Below, one piece after another: positions 15,307 to 24,390 of a stretch of 26,961 nt of DNA. Within the stretch, counting starts at the first letter, position 1. Each line of letters opens with the position of its first letter. The notes under the pieces are model-generated. The model ran no database searches. It saw only the letters and a list, made by a program, of their open reading frames with translations, and was not told the origin of the DNA. Source of the DNA: Thermoplasmata archaeon (lineage in GTDB: Archaea > Thermoplasmatota > SW-10-69-26); the NCBI GenBank assembly GCA_003561665.1, contig PWVY01000169.1, positions 1 through 26,961 on the forward strand, given 5' to 3'. Made by a program: the position numbers and the translations under genes.

Positions 15307-16140
15307 TTAGCTTTCGAACGCGCCGGTTGCAGCGCTTTGGGGCGCTGTGGCGCTTGGGCCGTGGTGGTGTCCGTGGCCGTGGTCGTGCTCGTCCATCTGG
15401 TCTCGCGTGACGGTGTCCACGAACCGGATCTCCTCGAGGTTCGTGTGGTCGAAGATATCGTGGCCGAGCTGGTGTTTGGCCATGAACCATTGAGGATCGA
15501 AGCTTGCTTCTTCAGGAACGGTCACAGTGGCCGTGTCGTCCTCGAGCGTCACCTCGAAGGTTTTGGCTTTCTCCGCGTCGTAGTCGAGACCGATGAAGGC
15601 TTCGACTTTCGCTTCGGGGTCGGTGATTTTCTCCACGATCTTGAAGTCGTAGGAGAGGGTGCGACCGGCGAAGGGATGGTTGAAGTCCACGCGCACGCGG
15701 CTGGCAGTGGCTTGGACCACGAGCCCGCTTTGCCCGTTGACTTCCACGCGCGTGCCGGGCTGTGGGTCGATCTCTTCCTTCTCGAAGTCGCGGCGAGGGA
15801 AGGTGCGTACGCGGTCGCTGTCGTGGAGGCCGAAGGCTTTCGTGGGGGGAACGTCAACCGTTTCCTCCTCCCCAACGGTCGCCTCCATCAGGGCTTCTTC
15901 GAACCCGGGAACGATGCGGCCAGCGCCAAGGAGCACAGGCATGGGGGCCAGCTCGTCGTCTTCGACGTCCCAGCCGGCCTCGTCGGCCACGTCGCGTCGT
16001 GTCGTATCGAACAGGTTCTCCTCGTCGGTCCAGGCTTCGAAGTCCACGAGCACGATGTCGCCGTCGGCGAGGCCGGTCTTCTCCTCGTCGTCGGCTTCGG
16101 GTTCGGGTTCTTCTTCGGCCTCGGTTTGGGCCTCGCTCAC
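15307..16140 (-). CDS. slyD: FKBP-type peptidyl-prolyl isomerase, long archaeal SlyD type, 277 aa
   Basis: GDIVLVDF...LFDTT, IVPGFEEAL, VPPTKAFG, VDFNHPFAGRTLSYD; His-rich C-terminus; GGTGA Shine-Dalgarno before GTG 16140. Confidence 0.92.
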   Translation of the reverse strand: MSEAQTEAEEEPEPEADDEEKTGLADGDIVLVDFEAWTDEENLFDTTRRDVADEAGWDVEDDELAPMPVLLGAGRIVPGFEEALMEATVGEEETVDVPPTKAFGLHDSDRVRTFPRRDFEKEEIDPQPGTRVEVNGQSGLVVQATASRVRVDFNHPFAGRTLSYDFKIVEKITDPEAKVEAFIGLDYDAEKAKTFEVTLEDDTATVTVPEEASFDPQWFMAKHQLGHDIFDHTNLEEIRFVDTVTRDQMDEHDHGHGHHHGPSATAPQSAATGAFES

Positions 16141-16283
16141 AGGTGTCACCACCGGGCCGAACCCACCCCGGGTATAAAGCCGTTGGGCGCTGAAGCGGTG
16201 TTCGGCCCCAAGAAGGTGGGTGCTAGGAGCGCTTCACGAGGAGAATCGAAAGACCCTTCGTTGCGAACGCCCTTCCTGAGTGC

Positions 16284-16883
16284 ATGTTAGAGGGGAAGAG
16301 GACGCTTGTTTCGGTCCTTTTGGGTGTTGGGTTGCTGCTTGGTCTAATCTCGATGGTCGTGCCTTGGTGGACGGTCGAGGGGACCGCAGGCGAGTTCGCG
16401 GCAGGCCAGCAGGCGAAACCGTTTGACACCGGAGGTATGGGGGACACTGTGAGCACGATGGGCGTGATGAGCGTTGGCGTGCTGGCTTTGTTCGGGGTCG
16501 TGGCTGCGGCGGGTGGAGGCGCGTTGTGGCTTTCGGCCCTCACGAAGGAGGAGGGTGTGGAGCCTCCGGCGTGGTGGCTTATGATCGCTGGGGGCGTGTT
16601 GTTCGTGATGGCGCCCATCGTGGCTGCAGCGACGTGGCCGTCCGGCGCGTTGGGGTTCTGGGATTCGGTGGGGGCAGATGGGATGGGCGCTGCCTCGGCT
16701 GCGGGCGTGGGTTGGTACATGGCACTGGTTGCGGGCGCGTTGATGGTCACGGCCGGCTTTTTGGGTCTCCAACCCCCGACGACGTCGGTACGGGAGGAAG
16801 GGTCGGAGGATTCGCCCGAACCGGAAGAGGTGGGCGCTGTCCCCGAGGAGACCGAAGAGGTTCATCCCCCTCCGGCGATGTGA
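16284..16883 (+). CDS. Hypothetical 4-TM membrane protein with an acidic C-terminal tail
   Basis: TM1 followed by PWW and a loop, three further hydrophobic helices, tail EEGSEDSPEPEE. Confidence 0.75.
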   Translation: MLEGKRTLVSVLLGVGLLLGLISMVVPWWTVEGTAGEFAAGQQAKPFDTGGMGDTVSTMGVMSVGVLALFGVVAAAGGGALWLSALTKEEGVEPPAWWLMIAGGVLFVMAPIVAAATWPSGALGFWDSVGADGMGAASAAGVGWYMALVAGALMVTAGFLGLQPPTTSVREEGSEDSPEPEEVGAVPEETEEVHPPPAM

Positions 16884-16940
16884 AGCGGGCAGCGTGTTCG
16901 CCGGGTAACCCTTTTAGGTTCCATCCCGCTGGCTGGCGTG

Positions 16941-18077
16941 ATGAAGCTCTACGAGTACCAGGGTCGCGAGCTGTTCCTTGAGGCCGGCATCCCGGCGCCC
17001 GAAGGGACCGTCGTCGAGAGTGTTGAGGCCTTCGACGACGTCGCGGATGACCTGACTTACCCGGTCGTCGTGAAAGCGCAAGTCCTCACGGGAGGACGCG
17101 GGAAAGCCGGCGGCATCAAGTTCGCCGACGACGAGGACGAAGCCCGGGAGCATATCGAAGCGATCCTGGGCATGACCATCAGCGGTCTCACCGTCGAGAA
17201 GGTCGACCTCGTGGAAGCCATCGACATCGACAAGGAACTCTATGCGAGCATCCTTGTGGATCGTTCCAACCGGCTTCCTATGGTAATGATCAGCGACGAG
17301 GGGGGCGTGGAGATCGAAAGCGTCCCCGACGAGGACATCCACAAGATGAACGTCAACCCCTTCACCGGGTTCAACGCCTACCACGCACGCCAACTCACAC
17401 AACGCTTGGACCTCACCAAGGACGAGGCCAAGCAGGTCGGGAACGTGCTCGCCAAGATGTACAAGATCTTCCAAGAGCGCGACTGCGACCTAATCGAGAT
17501 CAACCCCCTCGCCGTCACGAGCAACGGGGAGGTCATCGCCGCGGACAGCAAAGTCACGATCAACCCCGCTGCCGAGTTCCGCCACCAAGACCTTGAAGGC
17601 GGGACCGAAGACATCCCACCCCTCGAGCAAGAGGCCAACGAGAAAGGCATCGCGTTCGTGAAACTCGAAGGGGACATCGGCGTCATCGCGAATGGGGCCG
17701 GGCTCACCATGGCCACCCTCGACGCGCTTGAACACTACGGCGGCAACGGGGGCGTCTTCCTTGACTTGGGCGGCACGGATGACCCCGCCAAGGTCAAAAC
17801 CTGTTTCGAGCTTATGACGAAAGCTGAACCCAGCGTCATCTTCCTGAACCTCTTCGGCGGCATCACGAAAGCCGACACGGTGGCCGAAGGCGTCGTGCAA
17901 GTCCTCGAAGAAGAAGGCCTGGATGTTCCCCTGGTCACGCGTATCCGAGGCGTGAACGAAGAACGCGCCCGTGAAATGCTTCAAGACGCCGGCGTCACCG
18001 CCACGCAGGATCTCAAAGCCGCTGCCAAGAAAACGGTTCAACTTGACAAGAACGTGCAAGCCGGAGGTGGTGCCTGA
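16941..18077 (+). CDS. sucC: Succinyl-CoA synthetase beta subunit
   Basis: [57 protein letters not shown]. Confidence 0.96.
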   Translation: MKLYEYQGRELFLEAGIPAPEGTVVESVEAFDDVADDLTYPVVVKAQVLTGGRGKAGGIKFADDEDEAREHIEAILGMTISGLTVEKVDLVEAIDIDKELYASILVDRSNRLPMVMISDEGGVEIESVPDEDIHKMNVNPFTGFNAYHARQLTQRLDLTKDEAKQVGNVLAKMYKIFQERDCDLIEINPLAVTSNGEVIAADSKVTINPAAEFRHQDLEGGTEDIPPLEQEANEKGIAFVKLEGDIGVIANGAGLTMATLDALEHYGGNGGVFLDLGGTDDPAKVKTCFELMTKAEPSVIFLNLFGGITKADTVAEGVVQVLEEEGLDVPLVTRIRGVNEERAREMLQDAGVTATQDLKAAAKKTVQLDKNVQAGGGA

Positions 18078-18940
18078 TGGTCGTCATGGTCGACGAGGAC
18101 ACGCGCGTGATCGTGCAAGGCATCACGGGCCACCAAGGCCAATTCCACAGCCAAGCCATGATGGACTTCGGCACAAACGTCGTCGGCGGCGTCACCCCCG
18201 GCAAAGGCGGTCAAGAAGTCAACGGGTTGCCCGTGTTCGACACGGTGCAAAGCGCCGTGGACGAGACGAACGCGAACGCAAGCGTCGTGTTCGTGCCCGC
18301 CCGCTTCGCCAAGGACGCCGCGTTCGAAGCCCTCGATGCAGGCATCGAACTCGTCAACGTCATCACGGAACACATCCCCACGCAGGATGCCATGGCCTTC
18401 GCCCACTACGCGCGATACAAAGGCGCACGCGTCTTGGGCCCCAACTGCCCCGGCGTTGCATCCCCCCCGGATGGAGCCAAGCTTGGGATCCTGCCCAACC
18501 GCATCTTCGAACCCGGCAACGTGGGCATCGTCTCGCGCAGCGGGACGCTCACGTACGAGATGGTTGGCGCGCTCACCGAGGCCGGCATCGGGCAAAGCAC
18601 GTGCATCGGCATCGGGGGCGATCCCTGCCCTGGCACGACGTTCATCGACGCATTGGAGATGTTCGAGAACGACCCGGACACGCACGAGATCATCCTCGTG
18701 GGCGAGATCGGCGGCACTGCGGAAGAGGAAGCCGCCGCGTACGTCACCGAGCACGTCACCAAGCCCGTGCACGCCTACATCGCAGGTCGAAGCGCGCCCA
18801 CGGGCAAACAGATGGGGCACGCAGGCGCCATCGTCACGCGCGGGCAAGGCACCGCAGAGTCCAAGATCAACGCGTTCAAAGAAGCCGGCGTGAACGTGAT
18901 GGACTTCCCCACCGACGCGCCCGAGTACGTCAAGGCCTAG
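18077..18940 (+). CDS. sucD: Succinyl-CoA synthetase alpha subunit
   Basis: [46 protein letters not shown] (phospho-His); TGATG coupling to sucC. Confidence 0.96.
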   Translation: MVVMVDEDTRVIVQGITGHQGQFHSQAMMDFGTNVVGGVTPGKGGQEVNGLPVFDTVQSAVDETNANASVVFVPARFAKDAAFEALDAGIELVNVITEHIPTQDAMAFAHYARYKGARVLGPNCPGVASPPDGAKLGILPNRIFEPGNVGIVSRSGTLTYEMVGALTEAGIGQSTCIGIGGDPCPGTTFIDALEMFENDPDTHEIILVGEIGGTAEEEAAAYVTEHVTKPVHAYIAGRSAPTGKQMGHAGAIVTRGQGTAESKINAFKEAGVNVMDFPTDAPEYVKA

Positions 18941-19185
18941 GACGAAGCAGTCCCGCGTTCGCGGGCCGTCACCTGGACCAGCCACAGGCCATGCACGAGC
19001 TTGGCGAACTTCACAAGCTCCCCCCAGCCCATGCCATAGGCCTGCTCGCTCTCGCGAGCAAGAAGCTGTCGGAACCGGTGTTCCTCGTCCGGAGTTAGGC
19101 CCTCCTCATCGTGCTGGATGCGAGCAAGGAGACCGCGAACCTCTCCATCTCGTTGGGGCTCAGGTTCAACGGTTCCCACCACCAA
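18937..19185 (-). CDS. Small hypothetical protein, about 82 aa
   Basis: GTG start with GAGGA upstream; helical sequence ([13 protein letters not shown]...[16 protein letters not shown]); overlaps the sucD stop by 4 bp. Confidence 0.5.
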   Translation of the reverse strand: MVVGTVEPEPQRDGEVRGLLARIQHDEEGLTPDEEHRFRQLLARESEQAYGMGWGELVKFAKLVHGLWLVQVTARERGTASS

Positions 19186-19393
19186 GAAGGTCCTCGATGT
19201 CCCGGTCGCTCATCGATCCTAATTGGTCCTCCAGGCACTTGAAAGTGTCAAGTCGCCCGTTCAACCCGCTCAACGTCTCCCGCACCTGTAGGTAGATTCG
19301 AAGGACGTAGCCACCGAACAAGAACGTGGCCGAGAAATACGCGCTTGAGAGTCCAACGACCAGGGAAGCGTCAGCCGTGATATCTGCTAGCGG
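19166..19393 (-). pseudogene. 75-codon frame (N-terminal TM plus coiled coil) lacking a canonical start at its 5' end
   Basis: [75 protein letters not shown], between TGA 19394-19396 and TGA 19166-19168; overlaps the start of the next ORF. Confidence 0.35.
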
Positions 19394-19508
19394 TCAACGC
19401 GTTTGAGGTCTCGCCAGGAGGGATGGGGAAAGATGCTGGGACCCTGGATGGTGCATCGCGACGAGGGTCCAAAAATCGATACCGTGTCCCCCTTGCGTCG
19501 TGGGGCCG

Positions 19509-19529
19509 GGCTTCAACGAAGCCTTTAAT
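19509..19529 (+). promoter_or_regulatory. Palindrome GGCTTC-AAC-GAAGCC abutting the TATA box TTTAAT of ccdA
   Basis: Inverted repeat at 19509-19523; TTTAAT at 19524-19529, 30 bp before ATG 19559. Confidence 0.45.
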
Positions 19530-19558
19530 GCGCGCGCAGGAACCACGGGACTGCCCTG

Positions 19559-20269
19559 ATGGTCGTCGATGTCGCGCTGGTCGCGTTCGCGTTGAGCGTG
19601 GGAGCAGCCACGTTCTTTAGCCCATGCGCTGTCGCGCTTCTCCCCGCCTACGCGGCGTTCTTCACAGGCACAACCAGCAGGGAACGTGATGCTCGACCGT
19701 TGTTCGAGTCCGCGTGGATGGGCGCCCGCTTCGGGGCTGCTGCCGCGGTGGGTGCGCTTTTCCTCTTCGTGGTAGGCACAGCGGCTGTCTTCCTTCTTCG
19801 GACCCAGTTGGGGGTCGTGCAGACGCCCGAGCTGGCGAGAGCGTTCACGGTGTTGGGTGTGGGCGTGGGCGTCGTGCTGATCGGTCTTGGCGTGTTGATG
19901 CTCTCGGCGCGAGCGCCGAGCGTGACGCTCCCTTTGCGGGCGCCGGAGCGGAAAACGATGGGCGCGATGGTGACGTTCGGGGGCCTTTTCGCGTTGGGGA
20001 GCATGGCGTGCACGCTCCCGTTGTTGTTTGGCGTGATCGGGGCTGCGATCACGCAACCGCCGGCGGGGAGCGTGCTTGTGATGGGTGCATACGGTGTGGG
20101 GCTTGCGGGGCTCTTGTTCGTTGCAAGCGTGGCGTTAAGTGTTGCTGAGGATCAGGCTCGAACGTACATCCGGCGAGCGCAACGGTACGTGAAACCGGTG
20201 GGGGGAGCCTTGTTGGTCGGTGCCGGCGCGTTCGTTGTGTATTACTACGTTCGGTATGGGTTCTGGTGA
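19559..20269 (+). CDS. ccdA: CcdA/DsbD transmembrane thiol-redox protein
   Basis: Six hydrophobic helices; FFSPCAVALLPAY and MACTLP carry the two redox cysteines. Confidence 0.88.
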   Translation: MVVDVALVAFALSVGAATFFSPCAVALLPAYAAFFTGTTSRERDARPLFESAWMGARFGAAAAVGALFLFVVGTAAVFLLRTQLGVVQTPELARAFTVLGVGVGVVLIGLGVLMLSARAPSVTLPLRAPERKTMGAMVTFGGLFALGSMACTLPLLFGVIGAAITQPPAGSVLVMGAYGVGLAGLLFVASVALSVAEDQARTYIRRAQRYVKPVGGALLVGAGAFVVYYYVRYGFW

Positions 20270-20328
20270 CCGGCCCTGGACGGGTTTCAAGGAAAGCCTT
20301 ACTACGCTTGGTTGCGAGGTGTGGCGCG

Positions 20329-20835
20329 ATGCAGGCGCGCTATGTTGCGTTGGCTCTTGCGTTGTTCACGGTTCCCTTGGCCGGTTGCGTGAGCGATGAA
20401 CCAACCCCGGAGGATGAGGCAGGCTTGGCGTGGTCGTTCACGGACACGGAAGGCGTCGATCACTCGCACGAGACGGCCGCGGGGAGCCCGACCGTGGTGT
20501 TCTTCATCGCGACGTGGTGTCCCTCCTGCCAGGAGAAGGCAAGCGAGGTTCGCGCGGTGCATGAGGCCTACCAGGCAGAAGGCGTGGATGTGTTCACGTT
20601 GACCGTGGACACGGAGGAACGCCATGAGGATCTTGAAGCCTGGAAACAAGAGCACGAACAACCCTGGCCGCACGGCGTGGATGAGGACGTTCAAACGGCT
20701 CGCACGATGGGGGTGACCCAGACGAGCAACGTCGTCGTGCTGGATGGGGACAACCGCATCGAGCACCACTGGGGCTACGGGCAGTACAGCGAGGAAGCCA
20801 TCTCGAACGTTCTCGAGGGCTTGCTTGCAGGCTAG
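20329..20835 (+). CDS. TlpA/ResA-like thioredoxin-fold lipoprotein, 168 aa
   Basis: Lipobox LAGC, FFIATWCPSC (CxxC), WPHGVD; ATG 20329. Confidence 0.88.
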   Translation: MQARYVALALALFTVPLAGCVSDEPTPEDEAGLAWSFTDTEGVDHSHETAAGSPTVVFFIATWCPSCQEKASEVRAVHEAYQAEGVDVFTLTVDTEERHEDLEAWKQEHEQPWPHGVDEDVQTARTMGVTQTSNVVVLDGDNRIEHHWGYGQYSEEAISNVLEGLLAG

Positions 20836-20905
20836 TGCCCTCGAGGGGGTTGCTTCAACAGGCTCGCCCCAACGCTAAAAGCCAACCTCAACGCTCCACG
20901 AGCTG

Positions 20906-21826
20906 ATGGCCCGTTCCCTGACCCTCGTCCTCCTCGCCGCGACCTTCCTGATCCTCACCACCGGGTGCCTAGGCGAGGAGAACGGGTACGAGGCTGAACC
21001 TCTGCAAACCAACAACCCGGACGAACCCGCGGCTCCCTTGGCGTTGGAGGGCTCCGGTTGCACGCAAGGCGGAGGCCACAGCGTGCACCCGCAAAACGTG
21101 GCTGGCGTCTGGAACGTGAGCGCGCAAGTGCCCGAGCCTTGGATCGTGGCCGACGTGCTTGAGGACACCGGCGACCAGTTCGTGTACAGCGAGATCCCCG
21201 ACCCGACCACGCCCGTGCCCGAGGAAGGCAACACCTGGGGCCACTACCACGCCACGCTCGAATGCGACGCCTGGACCTTCGACGGGCAACCCCTCAACGA
21301 GGACACGATGTTCGGGTTCGTCGGACCCAAGGTCCAAACACCCCCCTTCGCGAACACGAGCGCGGACAACGAGTACCTTGCCACCGTCATCGCCACCAAC
21401 CACGACGACGTGTACGAACGCTTCCACGAAGCCGGCATCGACGTGATGCACGCCACCGGCACCATCGAACACCAGACCCCAAGCACCGTCCGCATCGACA
21501 TGCACACCAGCCACAACGGGGACTACCTCTCCATCTACGAACTCCACGAGATCGGACCCCTCACACTCGACACGGTGCGCCTATGGTCCCAAAGCGAGAC
21601 CCCCAACCGAACCTTCACACCCCTCGCCGTCGACATCCACCTCGACGGCGGCACCCACTACGGCGCCCAACAACAAGGCTACTTCCACCACATGGGAACC
21701 GCCCACCACTGGCCCCTACCCGGCGCAGGCGGGACCACCGCCGCCGTGCACTACGACGGGTTCGACGTGCGCTTCACATGGGGCCCCATGCCCACCGTAG
21801 CGCTCGATGCCCATTACGACCACTAA
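20906..21826 (+). CDS. Uncharacterised His-rich lipoprotein, 306 aa
   Basis: Signal peptide ending LTTGCLG; beta-rich; two further Cys (SGCTQ, LECD); many His (WGHYH, MHTSH, YFHHMGTAHHW, AHYDH). Confidence 0.8.
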   Translation: MARSLTLVLLAATFLILTTGCLGEENGYEAEPLQTNNPDEPAAPLALEGSGCTQGGGHSVHPQNVAGVWNVSAQVPEPWIVADVLEDTGDQFVYSEIPDPTTPVPEEGNTWGHYHATLECDAWTFDGQPLNEDTMFGFVGPKVQTPPFANTSADNEYLATVIATNHDDVYERFHEAGIDVMHATGTIEHQTPSTVRIDMHTSHNGDYLSIYELHEIGPLTLDTVRLWSQSETPNRTFTPLAVDIHLDGGTHYGAQQQGYFHHMGTAHHWPLPGAGGTTAAVHYDGFDVRFTWGPMPTVALDAHYDH

Positions 21827-22248
21827 CCGTGGCTTGCACCATCGGCGGTGCACGCTGCCAGCACGAGCCCCAAACCGGTCAACCCCACCAACAACACGAT
21901 CAGGAACGGGCCACTCAACGCGCCGGCCAGGGGCAACGCAAGCACCATGCCCGCGAGGGCGAGCAAGGAACCCCTCGCAAGGGCCTCTCTGCCTGGCGGC
22001 CGAAGCTCGTGAGCACCCCACAAGATCAACCCCCCCGCGAGCAACCCCCAGAACGTCCAAAACATCCACGACCCGATGCCCGTGCCCATCCCCATCGTGA
22101 CCGCTCGAACAACATCCCCCACCATGCCCGGAGGGAAGAGGTTCCCCAAGACCCCCCAGAAGAAGCGGGCAAACGACGAGACCGCCACAAGGAGCCCGGC
22201 CGCGATCATCAGGCCATACCCGACCGTGTGGATGGACGTGAACCGCAT
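21823..22248 (-). CDS. Hypothetical membrane protein (about 4 TM), 141 aa
   Basis: ATG 22248 (MRFTSIHTVGYGLMIAAGLLV...); four hydrophobic segments; stop overlaps the lipoprotein stop. Confidence 0.65.
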   Translation of the reverse strand: MRFTSIHTVGYGLMIAAGLLVAVSSFARFFWGVLGNLFPPGMVGDVVRAVTMGMGTGIGSWMFWTFWGLLAGGLILWGAHELRPPGREALARGSLLALAGMVLALPLAGALSGPFLIVLLVGLTGLGLVLAACTADGASHG

Positions 22249-22381
22249 GAGCCGCCTCGACGATGGCCACCACGAACAAGCCTTACGGTTTCGTTCCCCA
22301 AGGGCCGACGGCTTCCCCTCCCAGCGGTAGTCACGCCTCACAAACGTTTCTTACCTGTCGACCGGTTCACGGGGTTGCCCC

Positions 22382-23596
22382 ATGGCCCTTGAGTTCGAGT
22401 TCAGTGACGAGCACAAGCTCTTCCGGCGCACCCTACGGGACTTCATGGACGAAGAGATTCGTCCCATGATCGACAACCGCTTCTACGAGTCCGAGGAGTT
22501 CCCCTGGGAGCCCGTTCGAGCGATGAGCGAGCAAGGCCTCTTTGGCGTCCCCGTTCCCCCCGAGTACGGAGGCGCAGGCCTTGGCGAGATCGGGTACGGG
22601 ATCCTCCTTGAAGAGGTCAGCCGCGTCGACACGGGGCTTGCCACGATCGTCGGCGCCCACACCGGCATCTGCCTGGCCCCCATCTACCTCTTCGGCACCG
22701 AAGAGCAACGCGAAACGTACCTCCCCCCCCTCTGCCGAGGAGAGAACATCGGCGCGTTCGCCCTCACCGAGCCCCAAGCCGGAAGCGACGCGGCCAACAT
22801 CCGCACACGCGCCGAGCGCGACGGGGACGAGTACGTCATCAACGGGACCAAGATCTACGTCTCCAACGGGGACGTCGCCGACACCATCATGGTCAGCGCC
22901 GTCACCGATCCAGCGCTCGGAGCCAAGGGCGGCGTCACCGCGTTCATCGTGGACACCGACACGGACGGGTTCCACGTCTCCAGCAAAGAAGACAAGATGG
23001 GCATCCGCCGCTCCACGACCGCGCAGATCGAGTTCGAAGACCTACGCGTACCCGCCGAGAACGTGCTCGGCAACGTCGGCGAAGGCTTCATCGTGGCCCT
23101 CACCGCTCTGGACGGTGGACGCGCAACGCTCGCCGCTGGAAGTTGCGGAGGCGCGCAAGAAGCCCTGAACATGGCGCTCGAGTACGCCACCGCGCGAGAG
23201 CAATTCGGCAAACCCATCGCGCATCACCAAGACGTCCAATTCCGCTTGGCTGAGATGAGCACGGAGATCACCACGATGCGGTACGCCACGTACCACTGCC
23301 TCGACTACGTTGAAACATATTACGAGAAAGTCGCCGCCGGGGAAGACGTGGACAAAAGCTTCCGCGAGAAGGTCTCCAGGCGATCAGCCCAAGTCAAGGT
23401 GCAAGCCAGCGAGATGGCCGCGGAGGTCACCGAGAAAGCCTGCACCATCATGGGCGCACGAGGCCTCCAAGAAGGATACAACCTCGAGAAAGGGCTCCGC
23501 GATGCTCCCATCGCGGAGATTTACGAAGGAACCAACGAGATCCAGCGCCTGGTCATCGGTCGCGAACTCGTACAACGAGGTCGATACGAATGGTGA
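22382..23596 (+). CDS. Acyl-CoA dehydrogenase (short-chain/butyryl-CoA type)
   Basis: FALTEPQAGSD, NGTKIYVSNG, KMGIRRS, REQFGKPIA, IYEGTNEIQR (catalytic Glu). Confidence 0.95.
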   Translation: MALEFEFSDEHKLFRRTLRDFMDEEIRPMIDNRFYESEEFPWEPVRAMSEQGLFGVPVPPEYGGAGLGEIGYGILLEEVSRVDTGLATIVGAHTGICLAPIYLFGTEEQRETYLPPLCRGENIGAFALTEPQAGSDAANIRTRAERDGDEYVINGTKIYVSNGDVADTIMVSAVTDPALGAKGGVTAFIVDTDTDGFHVSSKEDKMGIRRSTTAQIEFEDLRVPAENVLGNVGEGFIVALTALDGGRATLAAGSCGGAQEALNMALEYATAREQFGKPIAHHQDVQFRLAEMSTEITTMRYATYHCLDYVETYYEKVAAGEDVDKSFREKVSRRSAQVKVQASEMAAEVTEKACTIMGARGLQEGYNLEKGLRDAPIAEIYEGTNEIQRLVIGRELVQRGRYEW

Positions 23597-24390
23597 ACAT
23601 CGTCGTCGCCGTCAAACACGTCCCCCAACAGGACAACGTCCGCATCAGCAAACGCACGGGCAAACCCCTCGTGGACCTCGCCGAAGGCCGCATGAACCCC
23701 CTTGGGAAGAAAGCCCTCGAAACAGGCCTCCGATTGGCTCAGCAAGACCCCAACAGCGAAGTCACCACGCTCAGCCTGGGCCCCAAAGAAGCCGAGCCCA
23801 CCCTCCGCGAATCCCTCGCCATGGGCGCCGACCGAGCCCTCCTCGTCACCGACCCGCTCCTCGAAGGCAGCGATGGGTTGGGCACCGCGAAAGCCCTCGC
23901 TGCCGTCGTGAAACAACTCGGCAACGTGGACATCGTTCTCACCGGCGCCCGCACCTCGGACCGATACGCCGGGCACGTGGGCCCCGCCATGGCCGCCATC
24001 CTAGGGTGGGAGATCGCCACGCACGGCCAAAGCGCCAAACTCACCGATGAGGGGATCCGCTTCGAGAAAGTGCTCACCTCAGGCACGGTCGCCACCCTCA
24101 CCGTGGACACCCCATGCCTGCTTAGCATGGGCACGCACGCGCCCAAACCCCGCCACGCGACCACCTGGGGCGTGCACGCAGCGCACGAGACCGACGCACT
24201 GGAACGCTGGAACTTGGACGATTTGGGCTTAGCCAAGGACGAGGTGGGCCCCAGCGCGCAAGCGACCACGCAACGAAGCATCGAGCCCGTGCCGGAGAAG
24301 GAACGCGACACGGAAGCCTTCACAGGGGACCCCGACGACGTCGCGGAAAGCCTTCCCCGCCGCTTGGCCAGCAGGGGGTTGCTCCGATGA
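23590..24390 (+). CDS. etfB: Electron transfer flavoprotein beta subunit (divergent)
   Basis: IVVAVKHVP, MNPLG..ALE, LAMGADRALLV; overlaps the acyl-CoA dehydrogenase stop by 7 bp. Confidence 0.9.
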   Translation: MVNIVVAVKHVPQQDNVRISKRTGKPLVDLAEGRMNPLGKKALETGLRLAQQDPNSEVTTLSLGPKEAEPTLRESLAMGADRALLVTDPLLEGSDGLGTAKALAAVVKQLGNVDIVLTGARTSDRYAGHVGPAMAAILGWEIATHGQSAKLTDEGIRFEKVLTSGTVATLTVDTPCLLSMGTHAPKPRHATTWGVHAAHETDALERWNLDDLGLAKDEVGPSAQATTQRSIEPVPEKERDTEAFTGDPDDVAESLPRRLASRGLLR

